Source: a virus
Virus genome (UHGV): UHGV-1592266
Strand: one strand, 5' to 3'
Length of the DNA: 17,097 nucleotides
Positions 7,562 to 16,527 of this stretch are shown here, one piece after another. Position 1 is the stretch's first letter. Each line of letters opens with the position of its first letter. The translations under genes were made by a program, and so were the position numbers. Under the pieces are notes generated by a model. The model saw only the letters and a list, made by a program, of their open reading frames with translations. It was not told where the DNA came from and did not search any database.

Positions 7562-8011
7562 TTACTTAACCAATGATGCTGCATATTCGATAAGGTAAAG
7601 CTTTGGGGCCAGCCAAATTTTTAACCAAGTCATATTGGTTACTACACCAATAATAAAAATCCCCCACAGAGTCAAAACTACAACCAATGGCATGATAAGA
7701 AGATTAATATCACCTTTGCTATCCCAAACCATTGTCGGCCTGTATTTGGGATTTCCTTTCTCCCATGAATATCCTTCATCACCGATTTTACCTGTCTCAA
7801 CTCTTTGGCACTGCTTCTTCATAAACCAGAAAACCAGTGGGATTGTTAAAATGGCCATTAATGTTTTAATCAGACTGTCAACCATATTCCATAGCAGCAA
7901 CTGATGAACAACATCAGGAATCTGTGCCTGGCTGAATGAAACAGCCGCGTCTATTCCATTACTGGCTTTTTGCAGTAGTTCTACGAGAATCTTGTTTGCT
8001 TGTTCTTCCAT
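7562..8011 (-). CDS. sieB: SieB-like superinfection-exclusion membrane protein (~150 aa)
   Basis: Several hydrophobic segments and AT-rich composition. It lies between N/ral and cIII, where sieB sits in lambda and P22. ATG at 8011 with GAGG RBS is preferred over the track start at 8062. Confidence 0.45.
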   Translation of the reverse strand: MEEQANKILVELLQKASNGIDAAVSFSQAQIPDVVHQLLLWNMVDSLIKTLMAILTIPLVFWFMKKQCQRVETGKIGDEGYSWEKGNPKYRPTMVWDSKGDINLLIMPLVVVLTLWGIFIIGVVTNMTWLKIWLAPKLYLIEYAASLVK

Positions 8012-8019
8012 ATCTAACC

Positions 8020-8184
8020 TCAAATAAGTGGTTTGCTGCGAAAATAAATACGTTCCCACCAAGTTCCGTATCTATCTATCCAGTTACACCAATCATCGAC
8101 ATTCCATTTTGTTGTGTCGCATTTTGGCAACTGGCATGAATATCCACCTTCTTTGTAAAGTCGGCGTTTGACTTTCTTGAGCAT
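8020..8184 (-). CDS. hypothetical small Cys/Trp-rich protein (54 aa) in the ral position
   Basis: ATG at 8184 with GAGGTGA RBS, 9 nt after the N stop. Product is MLKKVKRRLYKEGGYSCQLPKCDTTKWNVDDWCNWIDRYGTWWERIYFRSKPLI. It is below the track's size cut-off and is not similar to lambda Ral as I recall it. Confidence 0.4.
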   Translation of the reverse strand: MLKKVKRRLYKEGGYSCQLPKCDTTKWNVDDWCNWIDRYGTWWERIYFRSKPLI

Positions 8185-8192
8185 GGCTCACC

Positions 8193-8525
8193 TCAATCGT
8201 AATAAGCTGGAATTGATTTTCCGCGTTGCTTCTGGCGGCCTGAGCAAGTCACACCCATTTCACTGCGTGGCTTGCTGTACCATGTGCGCTGATTCTTGCG
8301 CTCAATACGTTGCAGGTTGCTTTCAATCTGTTCGTGGTATTCAGCTAGCACCGTAAGGTCTATAGGATTCAGTGCGCTTTCTACTCGTGATTTCGGTTTG
8401 CGATTCAGCGAGAGAATAGGGCGGTTAACTGGTTTTGCGCTTACCCCAACCAACAGGGGATTTGCTGCTTTCCATTGAGCCTGTTTCTCTGCGCGACGTT
8501 CGCGGCGGCGTGTTTGTGCATCCAT
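8193..8525 (-). CDS. N: antitermination protein N (lambda-type)
   Basis: MDAQTRRRERRAEKQAQWKAANPLLVGVSAKPVNRPILSLNRKPKSRVESALNPIDLTVLAEYH... is essentially lambda N with a divergent C-terminal tail. AGGAGAA RBS. Confidence 0.9.
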   Translation of the reverse strand: MDAQTRRRERRAEKQAQWKAANPLLVGVSAKPVNRPILSLNRKPKSRVESALNPIDLTVLAEYHEQIESNLQRIERKNQRTWYSKPRSEMGVTCSGRQKQRGKSIPAYYD

Positions 8526-8793
8526 CTGGATTCTCCTGTCAGTTAGCTTTGGTGGTGTGGTGGCTGGTAGTCTAGCTCCAGCTTGTTGAGTCTCATTCGG
8601 AGGGGTATAACCGGCACCCCAGCGATTTTTCCATGCGACAACGTGCGCGTTATGGCGGCCTTATCGCCCGCGGCTCCCCATCTCGTCCACGCTATTGCTA
8701 GCGTTGGGAGCGCTTCACCGCTCAACAGTAGGTAAGCACTTGCCAGTGACTAGCTGGCTTCACCACACCCCAAAGCCTTCTGCTTTGAATGCT

Positions 8794-8823
8794 GCCCTTC
8801 TTCAGGGCTTAATTTTTAAGAGC
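8794..8823 (-). promoter_or_regulatory. nutL: nutL (boxB 8794-8808, boxA 8816-8823)
   Basis: Minus strand reads TGCTCTTAAAAATTAAGCCCTGAAGAAGGGC, i.e. lambda nutL with one substitution in boxA (TGCTCTTA instead of CGCTCTTA). Confidence 0.8.
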
Positions 8824-8863
8824 ATCACCTTCATGGTGGTTAGCGCGTCCTGCTGATGGCTTA

Positions 8864-8936
8864 AAATTACAAGAAAGATTGTATACTGTAAACAAGAAAT
8901 ATTGTAAAAAGAGGCGTGAAAAACAAACTCCGTTGT
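8864..8936 (-). promoter_or_regulatory. OL/PL: PL promoter with 434-type operators OL1 (8869-8882), OL2 (8892-8905), OL3 (8923-8936)
   Basis: Three 14-mers ACAAGAAAGATTGT, ACAAGAAATATTGT and ACAAACTCCGTTGT fit the 434 operator pattern ACAA-N6-TTGT at 23- and 31-bp spacing. Minus-strand TTTACA (-35) lies between OL2 and OL1, as TTGACA does at OR. Confidence 0.6.
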
Positions 8937-8963
8937 TTTTAAACGGAAAATAGTTTGTTTTTT
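8921..8963. terminator. hairpin terminator ending the cI operon (t_imm-like); possibly bidirectional
   Basis: AAACAAACT...(inner CCGTT/AACGG hairpin)...AGTTTGTTT with T-runs on both strands. It lies 25 nt after the stop of the cI-distal gene. Confidence 0.4.
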
Positions 8964-8986
8964 GGTTATCGAGATTGAGGTGGGGA

Positions 8987-10339
<1,353 letters not shown>

Positions 10340-10347
10340 GACATTCC

Positions 10348-10430
10348 CGCTCTTACACATCCCCGCCCTGAAAAAGGGCATCAAATTAAACCACACCTAT
10401 GGTGTATGCATTTATTTGCATACATTCAAT
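10348..10430 (+). promoter_or_regulatory. nutR: nutR (boxA CGCTCTTA 10348-10355, boxB GCCCTGAAAAAGGGC 10365-10379) and tR1 region
   Basis: Canonical lambda boxA/boxB. The following ACCACACCTATGGTGTATGCATTTATTTGCATACATTCAATCAATTGTTATC matches the lambda tR1/cII leader. Confidence 0.8.
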
Positions 10431-10458
10431 CAATTGTTATCTAAGGAAATACTTACAT

Positions 10459-10737
10459 ATGCAACTTACAAGTACTCGCAAGAAAGCGAATGCAATTACA
10501 AGCAACATCCTGAATCGAATTGCTGTACGTGGTCAGCGAAAGGTTGCCGACGCGTTAGGGATTAATGAATCGCAAATTTCGCGATGGAAAGATAGCTTCA
10601 TCCCCAAAATGGGAATGCTTCTGGCTGTTCTTGAATGGGGTGTTGAAGACGAGGAGTTGGCGGAACTGGCTAAGAAAGTAGCCAGAATGCTGACAAAAGA
10701 AAAAGCCCCGAAGAACGGCGAATTCTTCGAGGCCTGA
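10459..10737 (+). CDS. cII: CII transcriptional activator (P22 c1-like, 92 aa)
   Basis: MQLTSTRKKANAITSNILNRIAVRGQRKVADALGINESQISRWK...MLLAVLEWGV matches the CII family. AGGAAA RBS. Confidence 0.85.
   Translation: MQLTSTRKKANAITSNILNRIAVRGQRKVADALGINESQISRWKDSFIPKMGMLLAVLEWGVEDEELAELAKKVARMLTKEKAPKNGEFFEA
10492..10505 (-). promoter_or_regulatory. PRE: CII-binding site of PRE (TTGC-N6-TTGC) inside the cII 5' end
   Basis: Minus strand reads TTGCTTGTAATTGC. Confidence 0.6.
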
Positions 10738-10771
10738 TGTAGAAAGACTGGATCAATCCACAGGAGTAATT

Positions 10772-11416
10772 ATGACATACGAAAATGACAAATTCCAGGT
10801 TCTGAAGAGCATGAAGGTGCCAGATGATTTTAAATCAAATGGCTTTGTTTATGTGCTTTCTAATGAGTGCATGCCAGGAATTTATAAGATTGGGATGACT
10901 AAGCATTCACCAGAAGTTAGGGCTAAAGAAATTTCAGCCTCTACTGGCGTTCCTAAGCCATTTAAGGTGATAGCAGCCTTTCATTCAAATAATCCCGCAT
11001 CAGATGAAAAACTCATGCATAAAGCCTTTGCAAAAGAGAGGCTTAGTGATAATCGAGAGTTTTTCAAGCTTGAAGATAATGAGCTTTCTGAATCTCTAAA
11101 TGAAATAAGGGCGCTGGTTGGCCCTGAAAGAAATGGCGAGACGGCAGAATACGCAATTTACGACTCATTCATTTCTTTTCGCCATGAAAATGAGCTTGAT
11201 CTTAATGAGGAGCTTATAGAGCAAGGTCTGGGTAGTGTAGTTGGTCATCTTCCTGCGGTGAAAAATTTCCTTATTCGCGCCGGAATTGATTACGCGAAGC
11301 AACTGATAAGCAAATATAACTCATCGATAGTTATTAATACAGATGGCAGTGTGGTGATGGTTAAGTCTCTTGAAGCCCAATGCTTTGATGCGGAGGTTGG
11401 AAATGAGCCTGGCTGA
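10772..11416 (+). CDS. T5orf172 (GIY-YIG-like) domain protein (214 aa); moron inserted between cII and O
   Basis: GFVYVLSNECMPGIYKIGMTKHSPEVRAKE...PFKVIAAF...REFF fits the T5orf172/GIY-YIG pattern. GC ~40% is lower than the flanking genes. Its 3' end overlaps the O start. Confidence 0.6.
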   Translation: MTYENDKFQVLKSMKVPDDFKSNGFVYVLSNECMPGIYKIGMTKHSPEVRAKEISASTGVPKPFKVIAAFHSNNPASDEKLMHKAFAKERLSDNREFFKLEDNELSESLNEIRALVGPERNGETAEYAIYDSFISFRHENELDLNEELIEQGLGSVVGHLPAVKNFLIRAGIDYAKQLISKYNSSIVINTDGSVVMVKSLEAQCFDAEVGNEPG

Positions 11417-12245
11417 AGTATTTTACCTGTCGAAGAGTGAACCTGTTGAACAGGAGCGAAGAGTGGCTGATATCGATGATGGTTACACCAGATTCGCTAA
11501 CGAGCTGCTGGAAGCTATCGCAAGTGCTGATTTAACCGCTCGCCAGTTGAAAGTTATGCTGGCCTACGTCCGGAAAACATATGGATTCAATAAGAAAACA
11601 GATCGAATAGCCGATGAGCAAATTGCTCAGTTAACAGGACTGTCAAGGCAGAATGTTAACAAGGCTAAAAAAGAACTGATTTCAATGAATTGCCTGTTTA
11701 TGGATGGAAATCAAATCGGTGTAAACAGTGAGGTATCTGCGTGGCAATTCAGCAAGTGTCTCCAAGTTAGCAACTTTGTCTCGAAGTTAGAGACAAAAAA
11801 TGTCTCCAAATTAGAGACACTCAATGTCTCGAAGTTAGAGACACACAAAAGACATTCTTTAAAGACAAAAGAAAATATTAATAAACCCCCTATATCCCCC
11901 AAAAAAGTTTCTCAGAAGTTCGACCCGCTAGAAACAGAGTTGCCTGATTGGTTATCAGCAGAAACATGGTTGTCGTGGGTTACCTATCGCAAGGAGATAG
12001 GTAAGTCGATCAAGTCTAAGCAAAGTGTCACTCAGGCTATCAACGTTCTAAGCAGAAGTCTGGAGAAGGGATATACACCTGAAGAAATTATAAACCAGAG
12101 CATCGCCAGTGGTTGGCAGGGGATTTTTGAACCCAAGACTCCAAAGGGGAAATCTCAACCGAGGCCGCAGCAGCGAGCTATGCAGGAAAACTTTGCCGCC
12201 AAAGATTACGGGCAAACTGAAATGCCTTCATGGGCGCAGGAGTGA
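11403..12245 (+). CDS. O: replication initiator O (lambda O family)
   Basis: ATG at 11403 with GGAGG RBS. RVADIDDGYTRFANELLEAIASADLTARQLKVMLAYVRKTYG parallels lambda O NVADLDDGYARLSNMLLEA... The iterons are internal to the gene. Confidence 0.85.
   Translation: MSLAEVFYLSKSEPVEQERRVADIDDGYTRFANELLEAIASADLTARQLKVMLAYVRKTYGFNKKTDRIADEQIAQLTGLSRQNVNKAKKELISMNCLFMDGNQIGVNSEVSAWQFSKCLQVSNFVSKLETKNVSKLETLNVSKLETHKRHSLKTKENINKPPISPKKVSQKFDPLETELPDWLSAETWLSWVTYRKEIGKSIKSKQSVTQAINVLSRSLEKGYTPEEIINQSIASGWQGIFEPKTPKGKSQPRPQQRAMQENFAAKDYGQTEMPSWAQE
11757..11885 (+). repeat. ori: replication origin: four ~19-bp iterons (11757, 11777, 11801, 11825) plus an AT-rich region
   Basis: tgtctcgaagttagagaca and tgtctccaaattagagaca are palindromic 19-mers at 20-24 bp spacing; the first copy is degenerate. 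They are followed by cacaaaagacattctttaaagacaaaagaaaatattaataaa. They translate as the VSKLET repeats in O. Confidence 0.8.
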
Positions 12246-12247
12246 AT

Positions 12248-13141
12248 ATGAATACGACAAATGGTTACAATCTGGCACTGCAAAGGCAACTTGTAGACTC
12301 AAAAATCAATGACATTTCTGATCTGAAACAGAAACTTGAGTTTAGCAAAATTGGATCAGCATCAGATGGAATGTCAGTTACCAGCACAGTGGAAGAGTGC
12401 GAGAAACACGGTAAATATACTTCCTATGAGAAATATCTGACCATCTCAGGAAAAAGAATTACTTCAAGTAAATCTGAGTGCCCACAGTGCCTTGAGGAGA
12501 AAATTCGTAAGAAAGAGATTGAACGTGAGCAGGCAGAACAAAGAGCAAGACAATCAAAAATTGAATATTTGTTGAATTCTCTCAATATTCCAGAGAGGTT
12601 CAAAAATTGCACTCTTCAGAATTATGAGCCTGTTAACGATGATGCAAAGCGAGTTCTTAAGGTATGCCAGGCATATGCCAGTAAGTGGCCTGAACGCCTT
12701 CAGAAAGGTGGCGGACTGGTCATGTGTGGTAAGCCTGGAACTGGAAAGAACCACCTTGCACTGGCTATCGCTAGGCACGCCATTATCGAGCATCAAAGCT
12801 CTGTGATATTTACCACTGCGTTGAAAATTGCCAGAGAGTACAAATCAACATGGTCTAAGGCCGCAACCAGAACTGAAGAAGAAGTCATTAGGCAATTTAC
12901 GCATCCTGACTTGTTAATAATCGATGAGGTTGGCGTGCAGTTCGGCAGTGATGCTGAAAAGCTAATCATGTTCGAAATTATCAACACCAGATATGAATAC
13001 ATGAAGCCAACAATCCTGATTAGTAATCAGAGCAAAGATGAACTTTCGGCATTCATTGGTGAGCGTGTTATTGACAGGATGAATGATGGCGGCGGATGCA
13101 CCCTTGCGTTTACATGGGATAGTTACAGGAGCAGATCGTGA
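12248..13141 (+). CDS. DnaC/IstB-like AAA+ helicase loader (replaces lambda P)
   Basis: Walker A GKPGTGKNHLALAIA and Walker B LLIIDEVG. ATG at 12248 with GGAG RBS directly after the O stop. The N-terminal ~90 aa carry a C-x2-H...C-P-Q-C cluster. Confidence 0.85.
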   Translation: MNTTNGYNLALQRQLVDSKINDISDLKQKLEFSKIGSASDGMSVTSTVEECEKHGKYTSYEKYLTISGKRITSSKSECPQCLEEKIRKKEIEREQAEQRARQSKIEYLLNSLNIPERFKNCTLQNYEPVNDDAKRVLKVCQAYASKWPERLQKGGGLVMCGKPGTGKNHLALAIARHAIIEHQSSVIFTTALKIAREYKSTWSKAATRTEEEVIRQFTHPDLLIIDEVGVQFGSDAEKLIMFEIINTRYEYMKPTILISNQSKDELSAFIGERVIDRMNDGGGCTLAFTWDSYRSRS

Positions 13142-13428
13142 CTGGAAAAGAAATCATCCTGGAATATCTGAAAACTCATGAACAATTCTCCCCACATGAA
13201 TTAGCTCTGATCACCGGAATACCAAATAACAGAATCGCTCAAGCAGCAAGGCATATGGTGAAACAAGGGCATTTGAGTGTTGTTGAGCGTAAGTGGAAGA
13301 CGGTTATTTATGCGAAACGCAAAGTGAAGAAGGAGCCAATTAAAAGAAATCCAGATGGTACGGGGTGGGGATGTGCAAATCCAATGACGGCGTTTATTAA
13401 TAGGGCGCTTATGGAGGTAAGGCAATGA
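13138..13428 (+). CDS. hypothetical protein (96 aa); possible winged-helix protein
   Basis: GTG start overlapping the DnaC-like stop. Basic C-terminus. Confidence 0.4.
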   Translation: MTGKEIILEYLKTHEQFSPHELALITGIPNNRIAQAARHMVKQGHLSVVERKWKTVIYAKRKVKKEPIKRNPDGTGWGCANPMTAFINRALMEVRQ

Positions 13429-13694
13429 ATAAAAAACAATTAGCCATTCTCGAAAAGGCATGGGATGCACAAATATCATGCGCTTTGAAAGAACAGGCAC
13501 TACCAATAATCCAGACCAAATCGAAAATAGCCAGGCAGTTATGCGATGACGGATTCCTGAACGAAGTTGAGATTACGCGCCAGATGGTAACGTTCAAAGG
13601 GTATGAGATAAATCATCATGGTATAGCGGCGTATTGCTCCCACCTTCCTGATGACGTTGACATTGATGAAATGGAAAGGGAGATGAAGCAATGA
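13425..13694 (+). CDS. hypothetical protein (89 aa)
   Basis: ATGA overlap with the upstream gene. Acidic C-terminus. Confidence 0.4.
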   Translation: MNKKQLAILEKAWDAQISCALKEQALPIIQTKSKIARQLCDDGFLNEVEITRQMVTFKGYEINHHGIAAYCSHLPDDVDIDEMEREMKQ

Positions 13695-13718
13695 CCATCT
13701 ACATCACTGAGCTAATAA

Positions 13719-13756
13719 CAGGCCTGCTGGTAATCGCAGGCCTTTTTATTTGGGGG
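13719..13756 (+). terminator. tR2-like rho-independent terminator before the nin region
   Basis: CAGGCCTGC tggtaatc GCAGGCCT followed by TTTTTATTTGGGGG. Confidence 0.6.
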
Positions 13757-13780
13757 AGAGGGAATTGGAGGCTTTAAGAA

Positions 13781-13996
13781 ATGAGTACGATAGCTGAGCT
13801 TGTCAGGGCTAATTTTCGTGAAGAGTTGGTGCGTTGGTATCGGTATCGTTCATCGTCCAGTTTGCCGATTGATGAGTTGTATGAGCATTCACCTGCTGCA
13901 CGACGCTATCCGCGTGACCGTGTTCTTCGACGGTTGTCCAAACTCAACAATGAGTTTCAGCGCAACAGAATTATTCGGAGTCTGGATTTAAAGTAA
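13781..13996 (+). CDS. hypothetical protein (71 aa)
   Basis: GGAGG RBS at 13768. Confidence 0.45.
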   Translation: MSTIAELVRANFREELVRWYRYRSSSSLPIDELYEHSPAARRYPRDRVLRRLSKLNNEFQRNRIIRSLDLK

Positions 13997-14006
13997 AGGA
14001 GTGAGC

Positions 14007-14213
14007 ATGACAAATCAGCAGCAAATAGAGTTCATCCTTGAGCAGATTCGAAAAATGCGAGAAAAGAACCAGCCAGACATGATGGAAATATGGAGACGCC
14101 AGCAGGAAGAATACCGCAAGCATATTTTTGGTGAGAGAAAACAGGATGACTGGAGCCTATATGGCTATGGCACCAGGACAAATAAAAACGGATATAGCAT
14201 TTACACATATTGA
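14007..14213 (+). CDS. hypothetical protein (68 aa)
   Basis: ATG at 14007 with AAGGAG RBS; the track start at 14001 is a GTG. Confidence 0.45.
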   Translation: MTNQQQIEFILEQIRKMREKNQPDMMEIWRRQQEEYRKHIFGERKQDDWSLYGYGTRTNKNGYSIYTY

Positions 14214-14221
14214 GGAATTCC

Positions 14222-14632
14222 ATGAAACAGACAATTTTCCTCAGGAGTAAGCAACAACAGCAAGCCGCAATCACCGCCATCCTCGCAACACCACTCGATA
14301 AAGACAAGCCAGTTACCATCCGCATTACTGACTACAAGCGCAACCTTGACCAGAACGCAAAATTTCACGCGATGCTGGCGGATATCGCAAGTCAGGTTCA
14401 ATGGTGCGGCAAATGGTTAAAACCAGAACAATGGAAGGTTTTGTTGATAAGCGGTCATGCAGTGGCAACAAAGCAGGAAGCTGATGTTTTGCCCGGGCTT
14501 GAAGGCGAATACGTCAACATTCGCGAAAGTAGCGCGCAGATGAGCGTGAAGCGCATGGCAAGCCTGATTGAGTACACGACAGCATGGGCTATTGGTCAGG
14601 GTGTCAGATTTACCGACAGGAGGTACGAATGA
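14222..14632 (+). CDS. ninB: NinB recombination protein
   Basis: [39 protein letters not shown] parallels lambda NinB (SLDQNRKLWACLGDVSRQVEWHGRWL). ATG at 14222; the track start at 14210 is a TTG. Confidence 0.8.
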   Translation: MKQTIFLRSKQQQQAAITAILATPLDKDKPVTIRITDYKRNLDQNAKFHAMLADIASQVQWCGKWLKPEQWKVLLISGHAVATKQEADVLPGLEGEYVNIRESSAQMSVKRMASLIEYTTAWAIGQGVRFTDRRYE

Positions 14633-14811
14633 GACGACAGCGACGAAGCATCACCGACATCATCTGCGAAAACTGCAAATACCTTCCAACGAAGCGCTCC
14701 AGAAATAAACGCAAGCCAATCCCAAAAGAATCTGACGTAAAAACCTTCAACTACACGGCTCACCTGTGGGATATCCGGTGGCTAAGAGAACGTGCGAGGA
14801 AAACAAGGTGA
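14629..14811 (+). CDS. ninE: NinE-like small protein (60 aa)
   Basis: [64 protein letters not shown] overlap with ninB and GGAGG RBS. Identification is from memory of lambda NinE. Confidence 0.55.
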   Translation: MRRQRRSITDIICENCKYLPTKRSRNKRKPIPKESDVKTFNYTAHLWDIRWLRERARKTR

Positions 14812-14978
14812 TTGACCAAAATCGAAGTTACGAACAAGGAAGTGTCGAGCGAGCTTTAACGTGCGCTAACTGCGGTCAGAAGCTGCATGTGCTGGAAGTT
14901 CACGTGTGTGAGCACTGCTGTGCAGAACTGATGAGCGATCCGAATAGCTCAATGTACGAGGAAGAAGACGATGAATGA
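14808..14978 (+). CDS. ninF: NinF-like Cys-rich small protein (56 aa)
   Basis: GTG start overlapping the ninE stop. Product ...[41 protein letters not shown]... has a CxxC...CxxCC pattern. Confidence 0.5.
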   Translation: MIDQNRSYEQGSVERALTCANCGQKLHVLEVHVCEHCCAELMSDPNSSMYEEEDDE

Positions 14979-15693
14979 GTTAATAAATGGCAATGCCATC
15001 AAAATGACAAGCATTGAAATCGCTGAGTTGGTGGGTAAGCGTCATGACAATGTGAAACGTACCATCGAAACACTGGCTAAAAATGGTGTTATCCGGCTTC
15101 CTCAAATTGAGGTTTCCGAAAGAATCAATAACTTAGGGTTCAATGTTCAGTACGAGCATTACGTCTTCGAAGGCGAACAAGGTAAGCGAGATAGTATTGT
15201 TGTTGTTGCCCAGTTGTCGCCAGAGTTCACCGCTCGCCTTGTTGACCGCTGGCGAGATCTTGAAGACGCTGCGGTTAATATCCCCAAAACGCTACCAGAA
15301 GCGTTGCGCCTTGCTGCTGACCTTGCTGAGCAGAAAATGCAACTGGAAAACCAGCTCGCAATTGCCGCACCTAAAGTTGAGTTTGCCGATCGAGTTGGCG
15401 AAGCCAGCGGAATTTTGATTGGAAACTTTGCAAAGGTTGTCGGTATTGGTCCAAACAAACTGTTTGCGTGGATGCGCGATCACAAAATCCTTATTGCTTC
15501 AGGTTCCCGGCGCAATGTGCCAATGCAGGAATATATGGATCGCGGCTATTTCACAGTGAAAGAAACAGCGGTCAATACAAATCACGGAATACAGATATCG
15601 TTCACCACAAAAATCACCGGGCGTGGTCAACAGTGGCTGACCAGAAAGCTGCTCGATAACGGAATGCTGAAAGTAACAGGGGAGGCTGCTTAA
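14971..15693 (+). CDS. phage antirepressor-type protein: Rha-family N-terminal domain + KilAC/ANT C-terminal domain (240 aa)
   Basis: N-terminus MTSIEIAELVGKRHDNVKRTIETL fits the Rha pattern. C-terminus AAPKVEFADRVGEASGILIGNFAK...MQEYMDRGYF fits KilAC/ANT. It replaces lambda ninG. Confidence 0.7.
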   Translation: MNELINGNAIKMTSIEIAELVGKRHDNVKRTIETLAKNGVIRLPQIEVSERINNLGFNVQYEHYVFEGEQGKRDSIVVVAQLSPEFTARLVDRWRDLEDAAVNIPKTLPEALRLAADLAEQKMQLENQLAIAAPKVEFADRVGEASGILIGNFAKVVGIGPNKLFAWMRDHKILIASGSRRNVPMQEYMDRGYFTVKETAVNTNHGIQISFTTKITGRGQQWLTRKLLDNGMLKVTGEAA

Positions 15694-15983
15694 TGGCCAA
15701 TCTACGCAAAGAAGCACGCGGCAGAGAATGTCAGGTACGTATTTACGGCGTATGCAATGGCAATCCTGAAACTACAGTTCTGGCGCATTACCGGATGGCT
15801 GGAATTTGCGGAACGGGAATGAAGCCTGACGACCTGATCGGCGCATGGGCTTGTAGTGACTGCCACGCGGAGATCGACCGACGCACAATGATTCTCGACA
15901 ACAAAGACGCCAGACTTTACCACCTCGAAGGCGTGATCAGGACGCAGGCGATACTGCTGAAGGAGGGGAAGATTAAGCCATGA
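15693..15983 (+). CDS. ybcO: DUF1364 (YbcO-like) protein, 96 aa
   Basis: MANLRKEARGRECQVRIYGVCNGNPETTVLAHYRMAGICGTGMKPDDLIGAWACSDCHAEIDRR parallels DLP12 YbcO as I recall it. Stop/start overlap with neighbours. Confidence 0.6.
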   Translation: MANLRKEARGRECQVRIYGVCNGNPETTVLAHYRMAGICGTGMKPDDLIGAWACSDCHAEIDRRTMILDNKDARLYHLEGVIRTQAILLKEGKIKP

Positions 15984-16342
15984 ACGAATATCAGTTTGTG
16001 CTTCCATACCCGCCGTCGGTGAACACCTACTGGCGAAGACGGGGAAGCCAATACTACATCAGCGATAAAGGCCAGAAATACCGAAAAGACGTTCAGCAAA
16101 TCATCCGCCAACTCAAGTTAGACATTTTCACCAAATCACGACTCCGCATCAAAGTAATCGCAGACGTTCCAGACTCCCGCCGCCGCGACCTCGATAACAT
16201 CCTGAAAGGTTTACTCGATTCCCTTATCCACGCAGGATTTGCGGAAGACGACGAGCAATTCGATGACATTCGCGTAATTCGTGGCGTGAAAGTACCAGGC
16301 GGACGGCTTGGAATAAAAATCACCGAACTGGAGAACGTATGA
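15980..16342 (+). CDS. rusA: RusA Holliday-junction resolvase
   Basis: ...PDSRRRDLDNILKGLLDSLIHAGFAEDDEQFDDIRV... contains the conserved RusA RRRDLDN motif. 120 aa. Confidence 0.85.
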   Translation: MNEYQFVLPYPPSVNTYWRRRGSQYYISDKGQKYRKDVQQIIRQLKLDIFTKSRLRIKVIADVPDSRRRDLDNILKGLLDSLIHAGFAEDDEQFDDIRVIRGVKVPGGRLGIKITELENV

Positions 16343-16527
16343 ACGCCACAATTCAAACGATACCAGAGCTTCTTATCCAGACACGAGGCAATCAGACCGA
16401 AGTGGCGAGGATGCTTTCCTGCGCAAGAGGAACAGTGCTCAAGTACAACCGAGACAGCAAAGGCGAGCGTCACGTAATAGTTAACGGCGTCCTGATGGTC
16501 AAACAGGGCAAGAGGGGAAGACGATGA
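16339..16527 (+). CDS. ninH: NinH-like protein (62 aa)
   Basis: TIPELLIQTRGNQTEVARMLSCARGTVLKYNRDSKGERHVIVNGVLMV parallels lambda NinH (TIPDMLVEAYGNQTEVARRLKCSRGTVRKY...). Confidence 0.65.
   Translation: MNATIQTIPELLIQTRGNQTEVARMLSCARGTVLKYNRDSKGERHVIVNGVLMVKQGKRGRR

Noticed and set aside
8543-8725. 60-aa minus-strand ORF in the N leader
   Set aside because: It lies in the PL-N untranslated leader with no RBS. It is most likely spurious.
8884-8900. LexA-box-like CTGT in 'tactgtaaacaag'
   Set aside because: No matching ACAG half-site at the correct spacing. The sequence is part of the OL2 / PL -35 region instead.
13691-13777. 28-aa hydrophobic peptide ORF (MTIYITELITGLLVIAGLFIWGRGNWRL)
   Set aside because: It coincides with the tR2-like terminator hairpin and T-run. 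The hydrophobic run is encoded by the GC-rich stem. It is unlikely to be a gene, although a leader peptide cannot be fully excluded.
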